Both the position numbers and the translations under genes were made by a program. From NCBI GenBank assembly GCA_023131895.1, contig JAGLYZ010000001.1, positions 8,957 through 72,956 of the forward strand: 64,000 bases of DNA. The letters run 5' to 3'. Below the pieces are notes generated by a model. That model searched no databases, was not told where the DNA came from, and saw nothing but the letters and a program-made list of their open reading frames with translations. Source of the stretch: Candidatus Parcubacteria bacterium (GTDB lineage Bacteria > Patescibacteriota > Minisyncoccia > Minisyncoccales > JAGMDC01). Each line of letters opens with the position of its first letter. The stretch's first letter is position 1. Below, piece after piece: positions 15,080-23,856 of this stretch.

Positions 15080-16551
15080 TGACTGCCTCTAAAATATTGC
15101 TATGTTTTTGTCTTTCTTTTATTATAGGAATTTTTTTAAATTCCTTTTTTAATTTTTCTCTAGCTTTAATATTATTTTTTCTAATTTTGGGAATTTTGTT
15201 AATTTCCATTCCGCCTTTTTCTAAAAAAAAAGGATTAGTAATTCTGGGATTTTGTATTTTATTTTTATCTACTGGAATTTACCGCCAGGGGATTGCTGAA
15301 TTAAAAATTATAAATAATGAATTGAGAAAATATAATGATTTAGAGCAAAAAATAACCTTAACTGGAATAGTTGACGCAGAACCAGATACAAGGGAAAATC
15401 ATACACAATTAACAATTAAAATAAACAAGAGTAAAATTTTAGTTACTGCTGGCGCGTATCCTCAATATCAATATGGAGATAGGTTAGAAATTAAAGGAAG
15501 ATTAGAAACCCCTAAAGTTTTTGAGGACTTTAACTATAAAGATTATTTAGCCAAAGACGGAATTTATTCAGTAATGTATTACCCAGAAATCAGAAAGATT
15601 AACGAAGGTCGGGCCTTCGTTGGCTCTTTGGTTTATTCTAAGATTTTGGGTTTTAAAAATAAGTTGAGAGAATCAATTTTTCAAAATCTTTCGCCACCTC
15701 AATCATCAATCTTAGGAGCAATAATCTTAGGCGATAAAAGGCGGATTTCAGATGAGTGGAAGCAAAAATTAAACATTACCGGCACAAGGCATATTACCTG
15801 TGTTTCCGGCATGCATATAGTTATTTTAGCTGGTATTTTAATGTGGATTGGTATGGCTTTAGGCCTTTGGCGGACGCAGGCATTTTATTTTGCCATTGTT
15901 TTTTTGATTTTATTTATTATTATGGTTGGTTTTCCAGCGTCAGCAGTAAGGGCTGGTATTATGGGCGGTATGTTTCTTTTTGCCGAAAAAATAGGAAGGA
16001 TGAGAGTTGCTGACAGGGCATTGGTTTTTGCTGCTGCTTTAATGCTTTTTCATAATCCTCTTCTTTTAAGATATGATGTTGGATTTCAGCTTTCGTTTTT
16101 AGCTACTTTGGGAATAATTTATTTAATGCCTGTTTTTCAAGATTATTTAAAGAAAATTCCGATAGATTTTATTAAAAGCATTTTAGCAATGACTTTAGCT
16201 GCTCAAGTTTTTACTTTGCCGATTTTAATTTACAATTTTGGGTATATCTCTTTAGTTTCGCCAATTACCAATATTCTAATTGTGCCTTTTATTCCTTTTA
16301 TTATGATTTTTGGTTTTGTTTCTGGATTTTTAGGAATGGTTTGGCAGGCATTGGGCTGGATTTTTTCTTTGCCAGTATGGTTTTTACTAACCTATATTAC
16401 AAAAGTTGTTGATTTCTTTTCTCAATTGCCTTTTGCTTATCTGACAATAGAAAATATTTCCTGGCTCTGGCTTTTAATTGCTTATTTAATTTTAGCCATT
16501 ATTACCTGGCACCTAAACGAAAAACAAAAACTAAAATTTTTGGAATACTGA
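15079..16551 (+). CDS. comEC: ComEC/Rec2-like DNA internalisation channel protein, without the C-terminal metallo-beta-lactamase domain
   Basis: Polytopic membrane protein with an N-terminal OB-like (DUF4131-type) periplasmic segment and a Competence-domain motif (TGTRHITCVSGMHIVILAG). At 490 aa it ends before where a beta-lactamase domain would lie. The start overlaps the nrdG stop (TAATG). Confidence 0.75.
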   Translation: MTASKILLCFCLSFIIGIFLNSFFNFSLALILFFLILGILLISIPPFSKKKGLVILGFCILFLSTGIYRQGIAELKIINNELRKYNDLEQKITLTGIVDAEPDTRENHTQLTIKINKSKILVTAGAYPQYQYGDRLEIKGRLETPKVFEDFNYKDYLAKDGIYSVMYYPEIRKINEGRAFVGSLVYSKILGFKNKLRESIFQNLSPPQSSILGAIILGDKRRISDEWKQKLNITGTRHITCVSGMHIVILAGILMWIGMALGLWRTQAFYFAIVFLILFIIMVGFPASAVRAGIMGGMFLFAEKIGRMRVADRALVFAAALMLFHNPLLLRYDVGFQLSFLATLGIIYLMPVFQDYLKKIPIDFIKSILAMTLAAQVFTLPILIYNFGYISLVSPITNILIVPFIPFIMIFGFVSGFLGMVWQALGWIFSLPVWFLLTYITKVVDFFSQLPFAYLTIENISWLWLLIAYLILAIITWHLNEKQKLKFLEY

Positions 16552-16568
16552 TTTGCATAAAACTAATC

Positions 16569-16604
16569 CGTCACAAATTAGAACGATCGTTCTATTCTGT
16601 GACG
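16569..16604. repeat. 36-nt near-perfect palindrome between comEC and the GH1 gene
   Basis: cgtcaca-aat-tagaacg|cgttcta-ttc-tgtgacg, centred on cgatcg (16584-16589). Confidence 0.8.
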
Positions 16605-16644
16605 TAAGATTATTTGAAATGCGGGTTTAATATGGTTTTAATCG

Positions 16645-16659
16645 TGCTATAATTATTAA
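16645..16659 (+). promoter_or_regulatory. Extended -10 (TGcTATAAT), N6, then the ATG of the GH1 gene; leaderless-type start
   Basis: tgc 16645-16647, tataat 16648-16653, spacer tattaa, ATG at 16660. Confidence 0.55.
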
Positions 16660-17817
16660 ATGGTAAAAGTGCTAAGGTTTCCAAAATGGTTTTTATGGGG
16701 TTCGTCTACTTCAGCTTATCAGGTTGAAGGCGGAATTGAAAATTGTGATTGGGGGAGTAGAGCAGGAAAGGCCTGCGATTATTATAATAGATATGAACAA
16801 GATTTTGATTGGCTGGAAAAGTTTAATCAAAACGCATATCGTTTTTCTATTGAATGGTCTCGAATTGAGCCAAAACCAGGAAAATTTAATCAAAAAGAAA
16901 TTGAACATTACAGAAAAGTACTTTTAGCTCTAAAAGAAAGAAATATTAAATCAATAGTCACGCTTTGGCACTGGACAAATCCGATTTGGTTTATAAAAAT
17001 GGGCGGCTGGGCAGACAAAAAAGCAGTAAAACATTTTGAAAACTATACAAAAGTTATTGTCAAAGAATTAGGGGATTTAATTAATCTCTGGGTGACCTTG
17101 AATGAACCAATGGTTTATATCAGCGGATATTCAACAGGCAGGTTTCCGCCTTTTCAAAAAAGAAATATTTTAAAATTCAGAAAAGTTTTTAATAATTTAG
17201 TTAAAGCGCATAAAATCGCTTATCAATCTATTCATGCTCAATATCCTAATGCCCAAGTTAGTATATCCAAACTTACTAATTATTTTGAGCCGGCTAGAAA
17301 ATGGTGTGTTTTAGAAATATTTTTTGCTTGGCTCGGACATATTTTTTGGAATCATTTGTTTTTAAAAAGAATAAAAAGCCAGCTTGATTATATCGGTTTT
17401 GATTATTATTTTCACCACAGAATTGTTTGGTATCCGCCATTTATAAGAAATTTTAAAAAGGAAACAACTGATATGGGCTGGGAAATTTATCCAAAAGGAA
17501 TTTATTATGCTTTAAAATATTTAAATCAGTTTAAAAAACCGATTTATATTTTAGAAAACGGATTGGCTGATGCTCAAGACAAGCAAAGAAAAGATTTTAT
17601 TAAAGACCATCTTTTTTGGGTTCATAAAGCAATTGAAGAAGGGATTGATGTTAGGGGTTATTTCCACTGGTCCTTAATGGATAATCTGGAATGGAATAAA
17701 GGATTTGAGCCAAGATTTGGCTTAATTGAAATTGATTATAAAACAATGAAACGAAAACCAAGACCGAGCGCTTATTACTATGCTAAAATTTGTAGAAATA
17801 ATTATATAGAAATATAA
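16660..17817 (+). CDS. Glycoside hydrolase family 1 (beta-glucosidase-like), short form
   Basis: FLWGSSTSAYQVEGG N-terminal signature, acid/base TLNEP and nucleophile YILENG. At 385 aa it is shorter than typical GH1 enzymes. Confidence 0.85.
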   Translation: MVKVLRFPKWFLWGSSTSAYQVEGGIENCDWGSRAGKACDYYNRYEQDFDWLEKFNQNAYRFSIEWSRIEPKPGKFNQKEIEHYRKVLLALKERNIKSIVTLWHWTNPIWFIKMGGWADKKAVKHFENYTKVIVKELGDLINLWVTLNEPMVYISGYSTGRFPPFQKRNILKFRKVFNNLVKAHKIAYQSIHAQYPNAQVSISKLTNYFEPARKWCVLEIFFAWLGHIFWNHLFLKRIKSQLDYIGFDYYFHHRIVWYPPFIRNFKKETTDMGWEIYPKGIYYALKYLNQFKKPIYILENGLADAQDKQRKDFIKDHLFWVHKAIEEGIDVRGYFHWSLMDNLEWNKGFEPRFGLIEIDYKTMKRKPRPSAYYYAKICRNNYIEI

Positions 17818-17840
17818 TTTACGCTCGGCAGCGAAATTTT

Positions 17841-17996
17841 CAAATCAATTTATTGCTCCGAAAACAACCAATTTCAAATTCTCACGGTTTGCTCGGATTC
17901 TAAATTTTCCTTGCGCTTTACCCTAAAGGGCTCCGACGCGTCTTCGGAAAATTCAGAATCCTCGCCAACCTAATTTGAAAAATTTGTTTTCTTCAC
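17841..17996. repeat. Intergenic long-hairpin repeat, copy A (full, extended)
   Basis: The left arm caaatcaatttattgctccgaaaacaaccaatttcaaatt pairs with the right arm aatttgaaaaatttgttttcttcac. An inner 16-nt arm pair, ggattctaaattttcc / ggaaaattcagaatcc, has one mismatch. The core is G+C-rich. Confidence 0.8.
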
Positions 17997-18053
17997 AAGA
18001 ATTATTAATTAAAAATTTAGACATTAAAAATTAAAAATTAAAAATTTTATAAT

Positions 18054-18992
18054 ATGCTTTGGCTTTCAGCTATTATTTCAGCTTATTTTCTTTTAGCAAT
18101 ATGCGCTTTGGTTGATAAGTATCTTTTAACCGGACCCATCCCTCATCCAAGGGTCTATGCTTTTTATGTTGGCATAATGGGAATTTTGGTTCTATTTTTA
18201 ATTCCCTTTATTGATTTTTATATTCCATCAGCAAACCAAATTATTTTAAGTTTTTTGACTGGCTCTATTTTTGTTTTTGCCCTTTATTGTCTTTATAAGT
18301 CCCTTCATCTTTTTGAGGCATCCAGGGTAATTCCTGTTATTGGCGGATTGAGTCCAATTTTTGTTGTTATTTTAATTTATATTTTTTCTTCAGGCCAAGA
18401 ATTTTTGTCTTCTTCAAAAATAATTGCTTTTATTTTTTTGGTTTTAGGAAGTATATTAATTACTTTTAGGAAAGAAGCATTTATTACTTTAAGGGTTCTG
18501 AAGTATTCTGTTTTTACTGCTTTTTTATTTTCTTTGGTAATTGTTTTAACAAAATATGTTTATTTGTCCCAGCCATTTTGGAACGGCTATATTTGGATAA
18601 GAATAGGAGGGGTTTTAACTGCGTTTGGTTTTCTTCTAATCAGTTCAGAGCTAAAAAAGAAAATTTTTAAACCAAGAATTTCTATGATTTCTTTTTTTTC
18701 CACCCTGGGTTATAAAATAAGAACAACCGGCATTTTTCTTTTTAACAAAGGGATTGGAGCAATGGCCAATATCTTGCAGAATTGGGCAATTGCTTTGGCG
18801 CCAATAGGGTATATAGCAATTATTAACGCTCTTCAAGGAGTAGAATATGTTTTTATATTGATATTTGCCTTTATTATTTGTTTTAAGTATCCAAAAGTTC
18901 TAAAAGAAGAAATTTCAAAAAAAATTATCGTTCAAAAAACCATTGCTGTTCTATTCATCGGTTTAGGATTATTTATTTTGTTTTTGTTTTAA
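18054..18992 (+). CDS. Polytopic membrane protein (about 10 TM, DMT/EamA-like topology)
   Basis: Hydrophobicity pattern only; no diagnostic motif recognised. Confidence 0.4.
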   Translation: MLWLSAIISAYFLLAICALVDKYLLTGPIPHPRVYAFYVGIMGILVLFLIPFIDFYIPSANQIILSFLTGSIFVFALYCLYKSLHLFEASRVIPVIGGLSPIFVVILIYIFSSGQEFLSSSKIIAFIFLVLGSILITFRKEAFITLRVLKYSVFTAFLFSLVIVLTKYVYLSQPFWNGYIWIRIGGVLTAFGFLLISSELKKKIFKPRISMISFFSTLGYKIRTTGIFLFNKGIGAMANILQNWAIALAPIGYIAIINALQGVEYVFILIFAFIICFKYPKVLKEEISKKIIVQKTIAVLFIGLGLFILFLF

Positions 18993-18998
18993 TATAGT

Positions 18999-19997
18999 AT
19001 GAGAAGTCCTATAAAGTATTTTTTTGTTATTCTGATATTGTTTATTCTAATTATTGGCAGCTATTTTTTTATTGGTCAAGCACCTCAACAAGAAAAAATT
19101 ACTTGGGGAGTAAGTTTTTCCCAAAAGCATGCTCAAGCGTTAGGATTGAATTGGCAGGAAACATATATAGCCATATTAGATGATTTAAATGTAAAAAATT
19201 TACGACTGATTGCTTATTGGGATTTGATTGAACCAGAAAAAGATGATTATAATTTCCAGGATTTGGATTGGCAAATAGATGAGGCAGAGAAGAGAGATGT
19301 AGAAATTATTTTAGCAATGGGTATGAAAACTCCTCGCTGGCCAGAATGCCATATTCCTGATTGGGCAGAAAACTTATCAACAGAAAATAGAGAAAAAGAG
19401 ATTTTAGATTTATCAAAGCAAATAGTTTCAAAGTATGAAGATTCATCTTCAATAATCGCTTGGCAGGTTGAAAATGAACCATTTTTTGAATTTGGCGAGT
19501 GTCCGGAAATTAGCGAAGAGTTTTTAAAACAAGAGATAGATTTGGTAAAAATGCTTGACTATAAAGATAGACCTATTATTATTACAGAGAGCGGCACTGG
19601 TTCTTTTTGGTTTAAGGGGGCAGAATTAGGCGACATAGTAGGAATTTCTTTATACAGAAAGGTTTGGTTTCATAAACCTAAAATTTATGTGAGTTATCCT
19701 TCTCCCTCTGTTTTTTACTGGCGCAAGGCGCAGATTATCCAAAGATTATTTAATAAAGAAGTAATTTGCGCAGAATTACAGGCAGAGCCATGGGGTCCGG
19801 TTTTGCTCTATGATTTGCCTATTGAGGAGCAGAAAAAAACAATGGACTTGGAAAAATTCAAGGAAAATATTGCATTTGCCAGAAAAACCGGCTTAAAAGA
19901 ATTTTATCTTTGGGGAGGAGAATGGTGGTACTGGATGAAGGAAACACAAGGTGATAGTAGTATATGGGACGAAGTTAAACAAATAATTAATAACTAA
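18999..19997 (+). CDS. Membrane-anchored clan GH-A (GH5-like TIM-barrel) glycoside hydrolase
   Basis: N-terminal TM anchor. LRLIAYWDLIEPEKDDYNF and WQVENEPF (NEP acid/base motif) are typical of (beta/alpha)8 retaining glycosidases. The family-level call is tentative. Confidence 0.55.
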   Translation: MRSPIKYFFVILILFILIIGSYFFIGQAPQQEKITWGVSFSQKHAQALGLNWQETYIAILDDLNVKNLRLIAYWDLIEPEKDDYNFQDLDWQIDEAEKRDVEIILAMGMKTPRWPECHIPDWAENLSTENREKEILDLSKQIVSKYEDSSSIIAWQVENEPFFEFGECPEISEEFLKQEIDLVKMLDYKDRPIIITESGTGSFWFKGAELGDIVGISLYRKVWFHKPKIYVSYPSPSVFYWRKAQIIQRLFNKEVICAELQAEPWGPVLLYDLPIEEQKKTMDLEKFKENIAFARKTGLKEFYLWGGEWWYWMKETQGDSSIWDEVKQIINN

Positions 19998-20108
19998 AAT
20001 CAATTTATTGCTCCGAAAACAAGATTTTTCAAATTCAGCCCCCCTTCGCCCTTCGGGCTTCGCCACGCCCACGCCCCAGAATTTAAAAAATCTGTTTTCT
20101 CCGCTTCT
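19998..20108. repeat. Intergenic long-hairpin repeat, copy B (full)
   Basis: The left arm aaatcaatttattgctccgaaaacaagatttttcaaattc matches copy A. The right arm is gaatttaaaaaatctgttttctccgc. The ~45-nt core is G+C-rich (ccccccttcgcccttcgggcttcgccacgcccacgcccc). Confidence 0.8.
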
Positions 20109-20131
20109 AAATTGTAATAATTAAAAATTTT

Positions 20132-21703
20132 GTGAGTATTCCTTATTATTTAAAAATTGGAAAAGCTACTGATGTTAAAGGCTGGAAAGAGAGAATAATT
20201 TACCGGGCTTTTGAGATTTTCCCAGGCGTTTTGGTATGGCTTACCCTTATTGGAATGTTTGTTTGTTCTTGGCTGGCTCCTGTTTATGCCGCTTTTTTTA
20301 TTATTGCTTTTTGTGTTTATTGGCTGTTAAGAACTCTTTATTTTTCTACTTGTTTAATTTTTGCTTATAAACAGCTTTATAAAAATTTAAATATTGATTG
20401 GCAGGAAAAACTAAACAAATTATCATTTTTCAATCCTGAATTCAAAGTGGATCATTGGAGAGATATTTATCATTTGATTGTTTTCCCAATGTACAAGGAG
20501 GACATAAGAATAGCCAGAGAAAGTTTCCAAGCCCTGAAAGATTGCCATTATCCAAAGGATAAGATGATTGTTGTTTTAGCTATAGAAGAAAGAGCTGGAG
20601 AGCAGGCAAAGGCGACAGCTCAAAGAATAGAAAAAGAATTTAGAAACGTTTTTTATAGATTTTTAATTACTGAACATCCTAATAATATTCCAGGAGAGAT
20701 TGCGGGCAAGGGTTCTAATGAGTGCTGGGCCGGCTCTCAGGTAAAAAAAGAAATAATAGACCATGAGAAAATTCCTTATGAAAGCATTATTGTTTCCTCT
20801 TTTGATATTGACACCCAGGTTTACCCAGAGTATTTTTCCTGCTTAACTTATAATTATTTAACTGATCCTCAGCCATTCCATTCCAGCTTTCAGCCTATTC
20901 CTTTATATCTAAACAATCTTGAAGAGGCGCCTTTTTTTTCAAGGGTGGTTTCTTGTTGTAATGTTTTTTGGCAGATGATACAGCAGCAGCGCCCGGAAAA
21001 ATTAGTTACTTATTCTTCGCATTCTATGAGCTTTAAATCCCTGGTAGAAATGGATTTCTGGCAAAGCAATGTAGTTTCTGAAGACGCTGGCATATTTTGG
21101 AAATCTCTTTTATTTTTTGACGGCAACTACAAAACAGTTCCTCTTCATTATCCTATCTCCCAAGATAACTGCGTAGCTGACACATTATGGCAAACCGTTG
21201 TTAACCAATATAAACAGCAAAGGCGCTGGGCTTGGGGAAGCGAAGGTATTCCCTATTTTCTTTTTGGATTTTTTAAAAATAAAAAAATCTCCTTTAGAAA
21301 GAAATTCCACTATGGTTTTCTAATGGTGGAAGGTTGTTGGGCTTGGGCGACAAATGCTTTAATTATTCTTTTTTTAGGATGGCTGCCTATTGTTTTGGGC
21401 GGAGACGCATTTAAAGAAAGCGTTCTTTCATATAATCTTCCCGGCATTACCGGCGGTTTAATGAAAATAGCTCTCTTTGGGATAGTTGTTTTTATGGTTG
21501 TTAATACTTTAATTATTAACTCCCGCACTTTTAATTTTGGTAAAAGGAAAAGTTTTTTCATTCTTGCGCAATGGTTGTTTCTGCCTTTTAGTTTAATAGT
21601 TTTTGGAACCATACCTGCTATTGACGCTCAGACAAGATTGATGCTTGGCAAATATATGGGTTTTTGGGTTACAGAAAAAATCCGTTTTAAGAAAGATATT
21701 TGA
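20132..21703 (+). CDS. Processive family 2 glycosyltransferase (cellulose/chitin/hyaluronan-synthase-like); GTG start
   Basis: N- and C-terminal TM bundles, IVFPMYKE, a DxD-like SSFDIDTQ motif, and the QQRRWAWG (QxxRW) hallmark of processive beta-glycan synthases. Confidence 0.75.
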   Translation: MSIPYYLKIGKATDVKGWKERIIYRAFEIFPGVLVWLTLIGMFVCSWLAPVYAAFFIIAFCVYWLLRTLYFSTCLIFAYKQLYKNLNIDWQEKLNKLSFFNPEFKVDHWRDIYHLIVFPMYKEDIRIARESFQALKDCHYPKDKMIVVLAIEERAGEQAKATAQRIEKEFRNVFYRFLITEHPNNIPGEIAGKGSNECWAGSQVKKEIIDHEKIPYESIIVSSFDIDTQVYPEYFSCLTYNYLTDPQPFHSSFQPIPLYLNNLEEAPFFSRVVSCCNVFWQMIQQQRPEKLVTYSSHSMSFKSLVEMDFWQSNVVSEDAGIFWKSLLFFDGNYKTVPLHYPISQDNCVADTLWQTVVNQYKQQRRWAWGSEGIPYFLFGFFKNKKISFRKKFHYGFLMVEGCWAWATNALIILFLGWLPIVLGGDAFKESVLSYNLPGITGGLMKIALFGIVVFMVVNTLIINSRTFNFGKRKSFFILAQWLFLPFSLIVFGTIPAIDAQTRLMLGKYMGFWVTEKIRFKKDI

Positions 21704-21736
21704 ACAAGGTTTTTAAATAAGATATAATTAAAAATT

Positions 21737-21787
21737 GAAGCCCGCGCCTACACCCCAGAATTTGAAAAATCTGTTTTTTTTCGCTTT
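21737..21787. repeat. Intergenic long-hairpin repeat, copy C (right half only)
   Basis: gcccgcgcctacaccccagaatttgaaaaatctgtttttttcgcttt aligns with the right half of copy B and is followed by the same ataattaaaaatttt motif. Confidence 0.75.
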
Positions 21788-21813
21788 AAGCATAATTAAA
21801 AATTTTAAATAAT

Positions 21814-23127
21814 ATGTACGAGTTACCAAAATTGAAATTTCCAAAATTTATAAAAGCTCCTGGAAGCCAGAAAATAGAGAAAGGTTTTCTTTTTAGAATT
21901 TTAATATTAAGCATCCTTGTTTCTTCTCTTTTCGGTTTTTTAGCTGGAGGATTTTTCAGTTATTATTTTTATCAGGAGGTAAAAGATTATCTTTCAGAAT
22001 TAGATATTGAAATTCCGGAAACTGAAAAAATAATTGAAAAGCATATTACAGAAAAAGAGTATATTCCTCAAACCACTCAGGAAGAGAAAATTATTAAAGT
22101 CGTTGAAGAAAACGCCCCGGCTGTAGTAAGTATTATCATTACAAAAGATGTGCCTGTTATTGAGCAGTATTTTATTGATCCTTTTGGAGAGGACTGGCCG
22201 TTTGAAATTCAGATACCAGAGTACCGGCAAAAAGGATTTGAAAAGCAGGAGATCGGAGGCGGAACTGGCTTTATTATTTCTAAAGATGGAATGATTTTAA
22301 CTAACAAGCATGTTGTTTTAGATAAAGAAGCTGATTATACGGTTTTTACCAATGATGGCAGGAGTTTTCCTGCTAAGGTATTGGCTCGAGATCCTGTTCA
22401 GGATTTAGCTATTATTAAAATACAGGGAAACGAAAAGCTGATTAAAGAAAAACCATTTATTATGGTAAAGTTGGGCAATTCTTCTAATCTTCAAATTGGC
22501 CAGACAGTTATTGCCATTGGCAATGCTTTGGGAGAATTCAGGAATACTATTTCAGTAGGCGTTATTTCCGGCTTGGGCAGGACTATTACCGCTTCTGGCG
22601 GCGGATTAGTAGAAATTCTTGAAGATGTTATTCAGACAGACGCGGCAATTAACAAAGGGAATTCCGGCGGGCCGCTTTTAAATTTAAAGGGAGAGGTAAT
22701 AGGTATTAATACAGCTACTGTTATTGGCGCTCAAAGTATTGGTTTTGCTATTCCAGTAAATAACGCTAAAAAGGATATTGAGCAGGTTAAAGCAATAGGC
22801 AAGATTGTTTATCCTTTTTTAGGAGTCCGTTATGTTTTAATCAATGAAAAAATTAAGGAAGAGCAGGGTTTGTCAGTTGATTACGGCATTTTAATTGTTC
22901 CTGGAAAGCAAGGCGAATCAGCTATTTTTCCTGATTCGCCGGCAGAAACAGCTGGCTTAAAAGAAGGTGATATTATTTTGGAATTTAATAATGAAAAAAT
23001 CAGTATTAGCAATTCTTTGGCAAAGATTATTTTAAAGCACAATCCAGGCGATAAGGTAAAATTAAAAATCTTGTCTGGCGATAAAGAAAGAACAATCTGG
23101 GTAATCCTATCCGAACGCGAAGAATGA
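21814..23127 (+). CDS. htrA: HtrA/DegP-family serine protease with PDZ domain, membrane-anchored
   Basis: Catalytic triad contexts LTNKHVV, DLAIIKI and GNSGGPLLN. C-terminal PDZ-like region (GLKEGDIILEFNNEKI). Confidence 0.9.
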   Translation: MYELPKLKFPKFIKAPGSQKIEKGFLFRILILSILVSSLFGFLAGGFFSYYFYQEVKDYLSELDIEIPETEKIIEKHITEKEYIPQTTQEEKIIKVVEENAPAVVSIIITKDVPVIEQYFIDPFGEDWPFEIQIPEYRQKGFEKQEIGGGTGFIISKDGMILTNKHVVLDKEADYTVFTNDGRSFPAKVLARDPVQDLAIIKIQGNEKLIKEKPFIMVKLGNSSNLQIGQTVIAIGNALGEFRNTISVGVISGLGRTITASGGGLVEILEDVIQTDAAINKGNSGGPLLNLKGEVIGINTATVIGAQSIGFAIPVNNAKKDIEQVKAIGKIVYPFLGVRYVLINEKIKEEQGLSVDYGILIVPGKQGESAIFPDSPAETAGLKEGDIILEFNNEKISISNSLAKIILKHNPGDKVKLKILSGDKERTIWVILSEREE

Positions 23128-23132
23128 AAATT

Positions 23133-23156
23133 CCGAGAACGGTTCTCGGCATTTTG
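23133..23156 (+). terminator. Terminator-like hairpin after htrA
   Basis: The ccgagaacggttctcgg palindrome is followed by cattttg, a weak T-tract. Confidence 0.5.
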
Positions 23157-23197
23157 GGGTTGATATTTGGTTTTAGTTGTTTACTATAAATAATAGA

Positions 23198-23206
23198 TGT
23201 GGATAA
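23198..23206 (-). promoter_or_regulatory. Perfect DnaA-box 9-mer (minus orientation)
   Basis: tgtggataa at 23198-23206, in the intergenic region between htrA and the G+C-rich segment. Confidence 0.4.
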
Positions 23207-23239
23207 TATAGTTCTTTTTAGTTCTTTTATAATATAAAG

Positions 23240-23460
23240 TTGGGAGCAGTATTTTAGTTTATCACTAAATTGAATGTGATAGATTAAAACGCTGCTCCCT
23301 CAAAGATAGTTTCTCGGAAAAGGGGTATTAGTGATTGACTTGGGTCTAACAAACCCAAAAGCCAACAATCACACGTGATGACACGGGGAGATAACGTCTT
23401 CCACAGAGAACTAGGGTTAGCAGTATGGAGCAGCACACTATATTAAAAAAGAATAGGAGG
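23240..23460 (+). other. Structured, G+C-enriched leader or candidate ncRNA of unknown class
   Basis: Nested complementary segments: gggagcag/ctgctccc enclosing tatcac/gtgata; gtgattg/caatcac enclosing ttgggt/acccaa; caatcac can alternatively pair with the following gtgat. It ends at an AGGAGG motif. Confidence 0.35.
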
Positions 23461-23474
23461 TGATATGCGAAAAG

Positions 23475-23783
23475 ATGAAGACAATAGTTGCGTTAGTAAT
23501 AGGAATAGCAGTAATTATGGCTGCATTGTCTGGAGCACCGATGGCAGTAGAATCACTATTAGCGGGTGAGGCTACACCGGCGAAAACAGGCATCGGAAAA
23601 AGTGCCCAAGTAGAAGCATTAAATGGTAAAGGATTGGGACCACCGGAAGGTAGCGTTGAACTTCAACCCCAGGATGAGATAATGCTCGCTGAAGAAGATG
23701 AAGATGTGGATTTTGATGACAGTATAGTAATAAAAAACGCCTTACGACTCGGCACCGGAAACGCCATCACGGCAGCAGGATAG
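23475..23783 (+). CDS. Hypothetical small secreted acidic protein; coding status uncertain
   Basis: ATG at 23475 lies 14 nt after AGGAGG (23455-23460). N-terminal hydrophobic segment (MKTIVALVIGIAVIMAALSGAPMA) and an acidic stretch (EEDEDVDFDD). G+C is far above the window norm, and an antisense ORF is also open here, so this could be ORF noise over an RNA gene. Confidence 0.35.
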   Translation: MKTIVALVIGIAVIMAALSGAPMAVESLLAGEATPAKTGIGKSAQVEALNGKGLGPPEGSVELQPQDEIMLAEEDEDVDFDDSIVIKNALRLGTGNAITAAG

Positions 23784-23856
23784 TATAGTGGGAACAAAGC
23801 GCGAGGATTATTTCCGAAAGGATTTGGAGTCATAAAAAATATCTTCAAGATATATT

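Noticed and set aside
17841-20108. tRNA or tRNA-derived origin for the G+C-rich cores of the intergenic hairpin repeats
   Set aside because: No cloverleaf can be drawn, there is no GTTCGA-type T-loop or anticodon-arm geometry, and the arms form one long hairpin instead.
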